In this document: positions 19,430-26,969 of the stretch, piece by piece
How the letters are laid out: the number at the start of each line of letters is the position of its first letter
How positions within the stretch are numbered: the stretch's first letter is position 1
DNA from: a virus
Taxonomy: Duplodnaviria; Caudoviricetes
IMG/VR virus record: IMGVR_UViG_3300036975_000021
Location: 1 to 31,739 of that record
Direction: 5' to 3' (one strand)
Length of the DNA stretch: 31,739 nucleotides
Notes under the pieces: generated by a model
Seen by the model: only the letters and a program-made list of their open reading frames with translations
Told to the model about the DNA's origin: nothing
Database searches by the model: none
Translations under genes and position numbers: made by a program

Positions 19430-19836
19430 CTGGACGGAGTGGATCAAGCCTGGTGAGGTCTCAACAGAAGTCCGGCGGTCGGACTACCTCCCTCGCCATC
19501 ATCCAAGCCAGCGCCGGCGACCCCGAGGGCGGCGAGTACACCGGCAACACCGGGAACTACGTTGACGTAGATGGCGTCAGCACGGAGGTCCCAATCGACT
19601 GCGTCGAGATCAAGCTTGCCGAGGAGACGGGTACGTTCCCGTCCGAAATGTCCGTCTCAACGGTGTCCGGTGCAATCGAGTTGATCGCCACTGTCCCGAC
19701 GCTGAACGGCGCCAACGCCTACTTCCGTGAACCGGCCCTAGCATCCGGCCGCGTCATCCGCGTCGTATGGGCTGGTGACCATTGGCAGGAGCACGGAACC
19801 GTTTTCGATTCCTGGGACGACGAGTGTGACATATGA
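19426..19836 (+). CDS. putative tail-tip protein
   Basis: ATGA overlaps at both ends; acidic, ends in ECDI. Confidence 0.55.
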   Translation: MTGRSGSSLVRSQQKSGGRTTSLAIIQASAGDPEGGEYTGNTGNYVDVDGVSTEVPIDCVEIKLAEETGTFPSEMSVSTVSGAIELIATVPTLNGANAYFREPALASGRVIRVVWAGDHWQEHGTVFDSWDDECDI

Positions 19837-20552
19837 CGCTAGCGACTCCATGGGGAACTCGGTACAAGGGCGGGCTGCCGTGGGGCAAGCAGCTCGTCTG
19901 CGACTGGGGCGCGCATCGGAAGGAGTGTTGCGGAGGTGAAACCTACTGTCCTGTGTGCGACGTCAATCTAAGAGACCCAAACATAACTGTCACAGGATGG
20001 CCAACACCTCCAGCAAGCGGAAATAACAGTTCTTCTTGTACGGTTTATGGCGCGCCAGCTACATGGACTTGGTGCCTCAGCGAACCAACATCGTTTTTGG
20101 GCCTCCCGCGCAGGGGATACTTCGGCAACCCTTTCACATCATGCCTATGGTATGGCGGAAATGCATCCGGGTCAAAATGTGGCTCTGTTCCACTGAGTGG
20201 TGATTGTTGGTGGCTTGATTTTAACACAGATGGGCCATTCGGAACTATCTCGCTTGCAATCTCAAAATATGAAATCGATTGGTGCAATACAGATCCGATC
20301 CGTTATACACGGTGCCAGTACTATCTTGGATCGCAAAACGCAGCAGCATGTACCGCCGTAGGGCTTGACTCGTGGGTTGATTTTGAGCTCACAGAAGATC
20401 AGGCTTCGTCGCTCTGTTCTGGCGAGCAGATCACACTGAACTCTGATCCGCTTGATAATTCGACCTGGGGCGTTGCACGCCACAAATGCAGCGGCTCAGG
20501 CTCTGCCGATGCCGAGACGAAGGCAGAGCTAACAATGACGGTGCAATTCTGA
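19833..20552 (+). CDS. Cys-rich tail-associated protein, candidate receptor-binding protein
   Basis: 15 Cys in 239 aa, N-terminal ECCGGETYCPVC, lower-GC interior, last large gene of the tail module. Confidence 0.6.
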   Translation: MTLATPWGTRYKGGLPWGKQLVCDWGAHRKECCGGETYCPVCDVNLRDPNITVTGWPTPPASGNNSSSCTVYGAPATWTWCLSEPTSFLGLPRRGYFGNPFTSCLWYGGNASGSKCGSVPLSGDCWWLDFNTDGPFGTISLAISKYEIDWCNTDPIRYTRCQYYLGSQNAAACTAVGLDSWVDFELTEDQASSLCSGEQITLNSDPLDNSTWGVARHKCSGSGSADAETKAELTMTVQF

Positions 20553-20881
20553 TGATCAAGCTTTGCCGACAATCCGATTGTCAGTACTACCAGCCCCAGC
20601 GCAGATCCAAGCACTGCGGCCTGTGCGGCCACTTCATCGCGGACCACGCGAGATGTTGCGACGATCCGCCCAGGTGGACGGAGGTAGACCTGGTTGCGAT
20701 TATCAAGGGAGGCCAGACGCTGAGCAGGGGGATGAGGCAGGCGCTCCGGGTGGCTGGCAGGGGCAGGCCGTGCGGCGGTAGGACCGCGGTGACGGAAGAC
20801 GAGATTATGGCCATGCGGGCCGATGATCCGAGAGTCCCGAATCAGTTGGATGATGGGCGTGCGTCCGATGAACGGGCTTGA
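20552..20881 (+). CDS. small Cys-rich protein (DUF6171-like pattern)
   Basis: TGATG coupling; LCRQSDCQYY...HCGLCGHFI...RCCDDPPRW. Confidence 0.6.
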   Translation: MIKLCRQSDCQYYQPQRRSKHCGLCGHFIADHARCCDDPPRWTEVDLVAIIKGGQTLSRGMRQALRVAGRGRPCGGRTAVTEDEIMAMRADDPRVPNQLDDGRASDERA

Positions 20882-20924
20882 CAATTGTGGATTCTGAAAC
20901 AACACTGTCTGATGGAGAGCAGCA

Positions 20925-21107
20925 GTGTCAGGCCCGGCCTCCAAAGCGCGGCGACTCAGGACGGCGGCAGACGAGACCGAACGCACGCATCCACAGCTCG
21001 CCGCGTGGCTACGAGGCAGGGCCGATCGACTTGACAGGAAACTCAAATCTGTTTTGCGAGGTGATGCATGGCATCGGAAGGCAGGGACACAAGCGAATTC
21101 CAAGTAG
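20925..21107 (+). CDS. small basic hypothetical protein
   Basis: GGAG upstream of GTG; amphipathic helical pattern; overlaps the next gene by 40 nt. Confidence 0.4.
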   Translation: MSGPASKARRLRTAADETERTHPQLAAWLRGRADRLDRKLKSVLRGDAWHRKAGTQANSK

Positions 21108-21343
21108 CGAGATCAGCAGAACTGTGGTCAGCTGTGGCGCTGGTCTTCGGTATCGTCATGACCGCTGGATCGGCTGTAGCCGAATCGCTCGGCGCGGATA
21201 CGACTGCCGGAATCGTCGTCGGGGCCGTTGTCTCCGTGGTCGCGATCGCGCAACGGACGCTGGTTGCGCTAGGCTACATGAGCGGTAGGGCATCGGTCAA
21301 AGCTTCCTCAGGAACAACCGAAGGCCCCCCGTCATCTGACTGA
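21068..21343 (+). CDS. holin-like membrane protein
   Basis: GAGGTG SD; two hydrophobic segments, N-terminal TSEF motif and C-terminal GY..GR..VK seen in small phage holin-like proteins. Confidence 0.65.
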   Translation: MASEGRDTSEFQVARSAELWSAVALVFGIVMTAGSAVAESLGADTTAGIVVGAVVSVVAIAQRTLVALGYMSGRASVKASSGTTEGPPSSD

Positions 21344-21358
21344 ATGTGAGGCGCAGTC

Positions 21359-21547
21359 ATGTCTGAACCGCAATCACCCACCGCTGCACGGTTGCGTCTC
21401 TGTGGTACGTGCGATTACGTGTCGACAGGCAAAACAATGTGTTGCCTGTGCGGTCGGCGCCTCGTAGAACACGACGAATGCTGCGTGGTCCGCGATAAGG
21501 TTTGGGATACTGGAGATCTCTATGATGAGACGCATCCTGACGATTAG
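21359..21547 (+). CDS. small Cys-rich protein (DUF6171-like pattern), probable paralogue of 20552..20881
   Basis: GAGG SD; RLRLCGTCDYV...CCLCGRRL...CC...W. Confidence 0.55.
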   Translation: MSEPQSPTAARLRLCGTCDYVSTGKTMCCLCGRRLVEHDECCVVRDKVWDTGDLYDETHPDD

Positions 21548-23144
21548 CGCGCTCGTCTTACTGTCGGTCGCGTCGGTTGCTGCCAATGCAGCGGATGCCA
21601 AGCGTGTCTCATTCGAGGTATCGGACGACATCATTGTTCACGTCGACGTCACGGTATCGATCGAGCCAAACAGCTCGACGTCGCAGCCGACGACCAAGCC
21701 GACCCCAGAGCCGAACCCGCCGGTCGTTGACTCGGACCTGTCTGAACGAATCGCGCGCGCAGCCGATGGCCTGTGGTTGATTCGCCAGCGGTTCGGCGCG
21801 TCCAAGGAATACGTAGGATGGCCGCTTGCCGTCACTGTTGACGCTGGAGAGCGTTGGTACGCCAATGAGGCTGGCGCGTGGTGCAACGGAAAGCTGATGA
21901 CGATTCAGCCGCCAGGCACGCCTGGCATCGGCTACGCCTACGTCAAGGCGTATCAGGTCACTGGCAACGATGCGTACCTTCGTCGTGCCCAGGTGATCGG
22001 AGATACACTGCTGAGCATTGCAGACCAATGGAACGGCGGCTGGCATCAGGATCTGTGCTACATCGACGGGCGATGGCACTACGCGATGGCATGGGCAGGC
22101 AAACGCTGGGACTACACCAACGCGCCGGCTGGCCACGCTATTCACGCCGTTGATAAGGGAGCCGTCACGCTGGATGACGGGACCAGTCAGGCGGCGGCGT
22201 TGTTCCTGCTGCGATTGTACCAAGCTGGCGGCGGCCAGAGGTATCTAGACGGTGCGAAGCGATTCGGAGATCTCCTTGTCGACCTGCGGGACTGCCGCCC
22301 TGCTGCCACGCCAACGACTGCCCCCTACCGCGCGGGCGGCATACCGCAGGTCTTACCGTTTGACGTTGCCTGGCAGATCGTATTCCCCAATGAGAAGGGC
22401 ACGCCCGGGGAGCACTACTACGTCCACAAGACGCTCAACGACAAGACGACATCCCAGGCCATCCTGTTCTTGATCGAGCTATGGAAGGTAACCGGCGACG
22501 ATCGCTACCGCGAGTGCGTCAGGCTGCAAGTGGACTATCTTCTCGCACGATTCGCCGCAGAAGGCAACCGAGGATGGTGTCAGCAGTACGATTGGAAAAC
22601 GGACGAACCGGCCTGGGGTCGCCACAAGGAGCCGCCGGCGATCTGCTCCGGGGAGCACGAGATCCCCGAGGCGCTACTGGCCTGGTACGTGCTGGAGGAT
22701 GACGCGGCCCGCAGGGTCAAGATCGCCGAGGTGCTGCGGTCGCATCTGCTCTGGTTTCGCGATGTGGCCACGCGCTCGGGCGACATCTGGTATCGGTACT
22801 ATGACGGCAAGCCGATCTGGGCAGATGGATTCAAGCTCGTTGCCGAGGACAACGCGGCGAGCGGTCAGCCGTGGACGCTGGCGGATCCGCGACGGTGGAT
22901 CGGCAAGCTGATGCCCGAGGGCGACACGCTCGATCTGTCCAGCGTGTCGCGACACTCGAGCTACTGGGCTGCTGATGGGATCTTTGGACTCGGCGGGGCC
23001 TCGATCGACAAGGTCAAGGCTGGCCAGGCGGCGAGCGGCCTATGGCCGAAGAGCGCGAAGGTCGGCGGCAAGTCCCGGAAGATCGTCACGGCGGCAACGT
23101 CGGCTGGCTATCTGTGTGAGCTGTGCAAGGAGGCTGTCCGGTAG
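21522..23144 (+). CDS. secreted pectate lyase-like protein, polysaccharide lyase family 10 (PelA/Pec_lyase type)
   Basis: Sec signal peptide, Pro/Thr linker, then IQPPGTP, GGWHQ, TLDDGT, GGIPQ, TLNDKT and WCQQYD...PAWGRHKEPPAI motifs of PL10-type (alpha/alpha) lyases. Confidence 0.8.
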   Translation: MMRRILTISALVLLSVASVAANAADAKRVSFEVSDDIIVHVDVTVSIEPNSSTSQPTTKPTPEPNPPVVDSDLSERIARAADGLWLIRQRFGASKEYVGWPLAVTVDAGERWYANEAGAWCNGKLMTIQPPGTPGIGYAYVKAYQVTGNDAYLRRAQVIGDTLLSIADQWNGGWHQDLCYIDGRWHYAMAWAGKRWDYTNAPAGHAIHAVDKGAVTLDDGTSQAAALFLLRLYQAGGGQRYLDGAKRFGDLLVDLRDCRPAATPTTAPYRAGGIPQVLPFDVAWQIVFPNEKGTPGEHYYVHKTLNDKTTSQAILFLIELWKVTGDDRYRECVRLQVDYLLARFAAEGNRGWCQQYDWKTDEPAWGRHKEPPAICSGEHEIPEALLAWYVLEDDAARRVKIAEVLRSHLLWFRDVATRSGDIWYRYYDGKPIWADGFKLVAEDNAASGQPWTLADPRRWIGKLMPEGDTLDLSSVSRHSSYWAADGIFGLGGASIDKVKAGQAASGLWPKSAKVGGKSRKIVTAATSAGYLCELCKEAVR

Positions 23145-23836
23145 TGTTGGAGCCATACTATCAATGCGACTGCATCACGATCTACCACGGCGACTGCCTG
23201 GAGGTGCTGCCGCAGTTGCCGGACGGGTCGGTTGACCTGGTGCTTACCGATCCGCCGTATGGAATCAATTTGCCGACAGACTTCGCGTCCGGGGGGAGAG
23301 GTGGGCATGACTACCCCCCTGTGGTTGGCGACAAGGAACCATTTGACCCATCACATCTTCTTGGCTGGAGGTGTATGCTTTGGGGGGCGAACTACTACAC
23401 CGACAAGCTGTCACCATCGTCTGGATGGCTTGTCTGGGACAAGCGGATGCAGAATGGATTCCACAATGATCAGGCTGACGCTGAGTTGGCTTGGACGAAC
23501 TGCGTAAAAGGAGTCCGCGTGTTTCGGCATATGTGGTCCGGCTTTCTCCGAGACAGCGAGCGCAAAACCGCATTTCACCCAACACAGAAGCCGGTTGCGC
23601 TGATGCGATGGTGTCTCGAATGGGCCAAGGTCAGTGGTCGAGTGCTCGATCCCTACATGGGTGCCGGGCCTGTTGGTGTTGCATGCGCAATTGCTGGACT
23701 TGAATACGTTGGGATCGAGATCGAGGATCGGTACTGCGAGATCGCAGCCAAGCGCATCGACGCGGCACTGAAGGGTGTCACAGTCGAGGAAATGCGAACC
23801 GGCCAGATTGGGCTGCTTGAGGAGGTAAGCAAGTGA
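23144..23836 (+). CDS. DNA methyltransferase, N4-cytosine/N6-adenine, beta class
   Basis: GDCLEVL, LVLTDPPYG, HPTQKP, VLDPYMGAG, GIEI; AAGGAGG SD before GTG 23144. Confidence 0.93.
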   Translation: MLEPYYQCDCITIYHGDCLEVLPQLPDGSVDLVLTDPPYGINLPTDFASGGRGGHDYPPVVGDKEPFDPSHLLGWRCMLWGANYYTDKLSPSSGWLVWDKRMQNGFHNDQADAELAWTNCVKGVRVFRHMWSGFLRDSERKTAFHPTQKPVALMRWCLEWAKVSGRVLDPYMGAGPVGVACAIAGLEYVGIEIEDRYCEIAAKRIDAALKGVTVEEMRTGQIGLLEEVSK

Positions 23837-24168
23837 CGGAGAAGCAACGGGCCTGGACGGTACCGCTCGGCGTGCTGCTATTCTGCTGCGCGTGCGAAGC
23901 GCCCGTGTGCGATTCGTGGATCGCTACGATGGATGACGAGGGCCACGTCAGGCGAATCGACTTGAAGCGGTGGGAGCAGGGGATGGAGCGGGTCGTCTAC
24001 GGGTTCGCGCCGGAGTATGTCGAGGTAAAGATCCCGGGCTATCCGGCTCGGAGGTTTCCTGGTACTGGTGCCGGCGCAACGAGTAGGCCTGCGAGCGAGA
24101 ACGAACTGATGACGGGGCAGGATGCCCCAGAAAACGAGGTGATGAGATGCGTATCATCGGAACGCTGA
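23833..24168 (+). CDS. putative lipoprotein / exported protein
   Basis: GGAGG SD; basic N-terminus and hydrophobic stretch ending in FCCAC. Confidence 0.55.
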   Translation: MTEKQRAWTVPLGVLLFCCACEAPVCDSWIATMDDEGHVRRIDLKRWEQGMERVVYGFAPEYVEVKIPGYPARRFPGTGAGATSRPASENELMTGQDAPENEVMRCVSSER

Positions 24169-24797
24169 TCTTGTTTCTGTGCGTGGTTGTGGCTGTCGTT
24201 TCGATTGGCTGCGCCGGCGCTGGTGCGGAGACTCGCACAGCGCTGGAGGAACAGCGAGACGTCTACTACGACGCAAACTCGTTCTCGATGAAGGACCGCA
24301 CGACTCAGGCAGGCGAGACCGTCTACATCGAGAATCTGACCTCTGGAGATCCGAACGTCTGCCTGACGATGACGACGTCCGAGGGCGTAAGCACGATTAC
24401 GGGTGGGGCCACCGTGGTCTATCGCAAGCACGATCCCGACGCTGCGGCCAAGGCGTTCACGAAGGCGTTTACCGAGCGTGAGGAGACTAATCGTCAGGCG
24501 TTGGCATCGGTTGAGCGAGCATACAAGAGGACAGTAGACGCTGTTGCTGCGAGATACGGAGCATCCGGTTCATCTGTCGCCAGCGCAACGAACACGCCGG
24601 CCACGAGCGGCACGGACTGTTCTGATGGCGATTGCGCGCTGCAGGCGCTTGGGCAGACGTTCAAGGCTCGTCTCGATGCGATGGGCAACGACGACAAGCG
24701 CGCTATCCTGGACATGATCGGACTCGGCAGGCTGGCCCCGCTGTTCGGGCTGCCCACCAAGGCCGAATCAGTCGGACCCGACGCGCCGGAGGACTGA
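24147..24797 (+). CDS. putative lipoprotein
   Basis: GAGGTG SD; MRIIGTLILFLCVVVAVVSIGC signal with lipobox-like SIGC. Confidence 0.7.
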   Translation: MRIIGTLILFLCVVVAVVSIGCAGAGAETRTALEEQRDVYYDANSFSMKDRTTQAGETVYIENLTSGDPNVCLTMTTSEGVSTITGGATVVYRKHDPDAAAKAFTKAFTEREETNRQALASVERAYKRTVDAVAARYGASGSSVASATNTPATSGTDCSDGDCALQALGQTFKARLDAMGNDDKRAILDMIGLGRLAPLFGLPTKAESVGPDAPED

Positions 24798-24798
24798 C

Positions 24799-25095
24799 AT
24801 GGCCGCACGGACCCCATCGCAATGGGTCAAGCTCGGCGTGATTGCGTCTCTAATCAGCGCCACGGCCGTGCTCTCAGGATACTCCTGCTTGGCTGTGCGT
24901 GAAACCGAGCATAGGCTGACCGCGGTGGAGATTCGACAGGAGGGGGCTGCCAAGACCTGCGAAAAGCTCGATAGAATCCTAGAAGATGTGTCGGAAATCA
25001 AAATCGAGCTAGCCAGGCTCCGCGAACGGCTTGACGCCAGGTTGGCCCGCGGCTGCGATCCAGGCGAGCCCCAGGATTCCAGCAGTGGCCCATAG
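24799..25095 (+). CDS. single-TM plus coiled-coil membrane protein (XhlA-like lysis accessory)
   Basis: GGAGG SD; N-terminal TM followed by heptads HRLTAVE...LDRILEDVSEIKIELARLRERL. Confidence 0.65.
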   Translation: MAARTPSQWVKLGVIASLISATAVLSGYSCLAVRETEHRLTAVEIRQEGAAKTCEKLDRILEDVSEIKIELARLRERLDARLARGCDPGEPQDSSSGP

Positions 25096-25221
25096 CCGGC
25101 CTGTGCGAGCCTCATCGCGACGATTCTCAATCCGCTGTCACGACTCCTCCAGATCGCCCCTGCGTGGGCGGTCTGTGCATCGGATTGCATTTTGTTTGAG
25201 GAGCGGGTTGTGATAGCCGAT

Positions 25222-25419
25222 TTAGGTATGGGGATCAGTGGTACACATGCCTGTTTTGCTATCGTACCACTCGACCCTCTCACCCGGCTTGCCGTAGAAA
25301 ACGAAGCCAGCCCCATGCCTGGGCCGCTTCTGTATCCGTTGGTCGCCAGCCTCAGTCGTAACAGCAGCAACCAGTCCACCCAGCAGCCCCTTGAACAGCG
25401 ATCGTCGTGACGTGTCCAT
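25222..25419 (-). CDS. small Tat-signal protein
   Basis: MDTSRRSLFKGLLGGLVAAVTTEA is a twin-arginine-type signal; a consensus promoter lies directly upstream. Confidence 0.7.
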   Translation of the reverse strand: MDTSRRSLFKGLLGGLVAAVTTEAGDQRIQKRPRHGAGFVFYGKPGERVEWYDSKTGMCTTDPHT

Positions 25420-25425
25420 GGCTGC

Positions 25426-25453
25426 AGTATACCGCGGATCAGGCTAAATGCAA
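25426..25453 (-). promoter_or_regulatory. sigma70-type promoter, likely giving a leaderless transcript
   Basis: On the minus strand TTGCAT-N16-TATACT-N6-ATG. Confidence 0.7.
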
Positions 25454-25503
25454 CTCGCTCGCCTAAAAGTTACGCGCTCAGCATAATTTTTCCTGGAATC
25501 CGC

Positions 25504-25531
25504 TTGCATAATCATACCGGTGTGGTATAAT
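25504..25531 (+). promoter_or_regulatory. strong sigma70-type promoter with extended -10
   Basis: TTGCAT-N16-TATAAT with TGn extension and an AT-rich upstream tract; ATACC-N5-GGTAT inverted repeat overlaps the -10. Confidence 0.8.
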
Positions 25532-25575
25532 ATAGGTGTAAGGGGGAGACGAAAACTAGACAAGGAGAAGCGGAA

Positions 25576-25776
25576 ATGAACACAATCAGACCCGGTTTTT
25601 GGGCGCTTGATCGTGCGTGGGACAACGCATATCTGGGCCGGATTCTCGCGCCCCCCGGCGATCCCAACGAGGGCGGCGCGTCGATCGTCGCGAGAATCCA
25701 GGACAGCGCGGAGGCGCAACGCATCGTTGACCGACACAACGCCGAGATCAGGCTGCTCGCGGATAGGGCGGAATAG
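25576..25776 (+). CDS. small hypothetical early protein
   Basis: First gene after the strong promoter; AAGGAG SD. Confidence 0.75.
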   Translation: MNTIRPGFWALDRAWDNAYLGRILAPPGDPNEGGASIVARIQDSAEAQRIVDRHNAEIRLLADRAE

Positions 25777-25831
25777 TCCGCACGAGCCCCGCCCGCCCCT
25801 CCTGGGGCGGGCTAGGCAAGGAGAAACGGAA

Positions 25832-26230
25832 ATGTCAGACACACAGATCTATGACGGCCTGCCGAGCGATTACGACTGGTATATGGACTACGGCGCGCAC
25901 GTCTCCACCAATCGATGCGGAGATATCACGATTCAGGCCGTGGACCCGCGACGTATCGAGTGCAGGGAGGATCAGGAGGACTACGAGGATCTCCTGCTGT
26001 CCGAATACCCGGATATGACGCGCGATGAGGCATCACAATTGATCGATCTCGCGATGAGTGTCTGGGATGAAACCATCACCATCCACGGACTGCTCGCCGA
26101 TGCGCTTGCGGCCTACCGAGACGGCGATCTCGATCTATCTGCCCAGTTCATCAGAGACGCGCGCGCTGCTGAGTCTAAACACGGAGATACCCCATCGTCG
26201 GATGCCTACTCGATAGCGATTGGGCTGTAG
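25832..26230 (+). CDS. highly acidic small protein (candidate DNA mimic / anti-defence)
   Basis: AAGGAG SD; 132 aa with 29 D/E versus 9 K/R by hand count. Confidence 0.75.
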   Translation: MSDTQIYDGLPSDYDWYMDYGAHVSTNRCGDITIQAVDPRRIECREDQEDYEDLLLSEYPDMTRDEASQLIDLAMSVWDETITIHGLLADALAAYRDGDLDLSAQFIRDARAAESKHGDTPSSDAYSIAIGL

Positions 26231-26278
26231 TGCATCATTCATTCCAGGCGATTTGGGGCGCGGGCTAGACAAGGAGGA

Positions 26279-26512
26279 ATGACGATGGCGCGATTCCGAC
26301 AGACATCACCGTATTGGGGCAAGGGGAGATCGAATCAGGCCGAGCGCGCCCGCTCTCTGATCGAACTGGGGCTGTTGCCGCCTGGAGACTACTCCCCTGG
26401 CGTACCGAACGCCCGCAAGGCTGTCGTGGCGGCAGAACGCGCCGCTGGGCTGCGATGGTCAGACGGCATCGGCGGCTCCACCTTTGGGCATGTGATGGGA
26501 CGGCACGACTAA
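26279..26512 (+). CDS. small hypothetical protein
   Basis: AAGGAGG SD (start ATG 26279 or 26285); TAATG coupling to the HTH gene. Confidence 0.7.
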   Translation: MTMARFRQTSPYWGKGRSNQAERARSLIELGLLPPGDYSPGVPNARKAVVAAERAAGLRWSDGIGGSTFGHVMGRHD

Positions 26513-26724
26513 TGAACTGCCGACCAGTCTACACATCAATCTCTAACGCGGCGGCGGCGGTGAACCGCTCGCCATCGGCGGTCATGCAGGCAATTCGACG
26601 TGGCCGCATTTCCGCACACGTCCGATTTGACGGCGACAAGCGAGCGGTGGATCTCGACGAGGTAGTGGAGTATTTCGCCACGGCCAAACGCGGGCGCCCG
26701 AGAAAAACTCGCGATTCTGGTTGA
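26512..26724 (+). CDS. excisionase/MerR-type HTH protein with C-terminal AT-hook
   Basis: SISNAAAAVNRSPSAVMQAIRRGRISA HTH plus KRGRPRK. Confidence 0.8.
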   Translation: MNCRPVYTSISNAAAAVNRSPSAVMQAIRRGRISAHVRFDGDKRAVDLDEVVEYFATAKRGRPRKTRDSG

Positions 26725-26748
26725 CCCACTGTTAACCGGTGGTATACT
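26721..26748 (+). promoter_or_regulatory. sigma70-type promoter, likely giving a leaderless transcript
   Basis: TTGACC-N16-TATACT with TGn extension, then 6 nt to ATG 26755. Confidence 0.75.
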
Positions 26749-26754
26749 GGTATC

Positions 26755-26916
26755 ATGGCATCCGAGACTACGAGAAAGACGACGTTAACGCGAATCGAGC
26801 GCGGAGTAAAGCGCAAGCTCGGTCGGCTGGCTAAGGCCAATGGTCGAACGATGGTCGCACAGCTTGGCATCTTGATCGAGGATGCGTGCTCGAAGTCCAA
26901 ACCATCGAAGAGCTAG
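26755..26916 (+). CDS. Arc/TraY-like ribbon-helix-helix regulator (53 aa, not in the ORF track)
   Basis: Hand translation MASETTRKTTLTRIERGVKRKLGRLAKANGRTMVAQLGILIEDACSKSKPSKS; beta-alpha-alpha pattern with A-x-x-NGR(T/S)M. Confidence 0.75.
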   Translation: MASETTRKTTLTRIERGVKRKLGRLAKANGRTMVAQLGILIEDACSKSKPSKS

Positions 26917-26969
26917 CGAGGGAAGTACGGTAGCATCGCGCCGGGGATTCTACGCGCGGAGGAGTCAGC

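Larger units (their letters stand above)
25556..26276 (+). repeat. three copies of a start-associated cassette CTAG(A/G)CAAGGAG
   Basis: Copies start at 25556, 25812 and 26265; the first two match at 21 of 23 nt through the ATG. Confidence 0.8.

Noticed and set aside
19833-20552. Diversity-generating retroelement target
   Set aside because: No template/variable repeat pair or reverse transcriptase is seen in the window
25790-25827. CRISPR-repeat-like or Racr-like unit (hairpin followed by GAAAC)
   Set aside because: The GAAAC is part of the RBS cassette, and the copies are separated by whole genes rather than spacer-sized gaps
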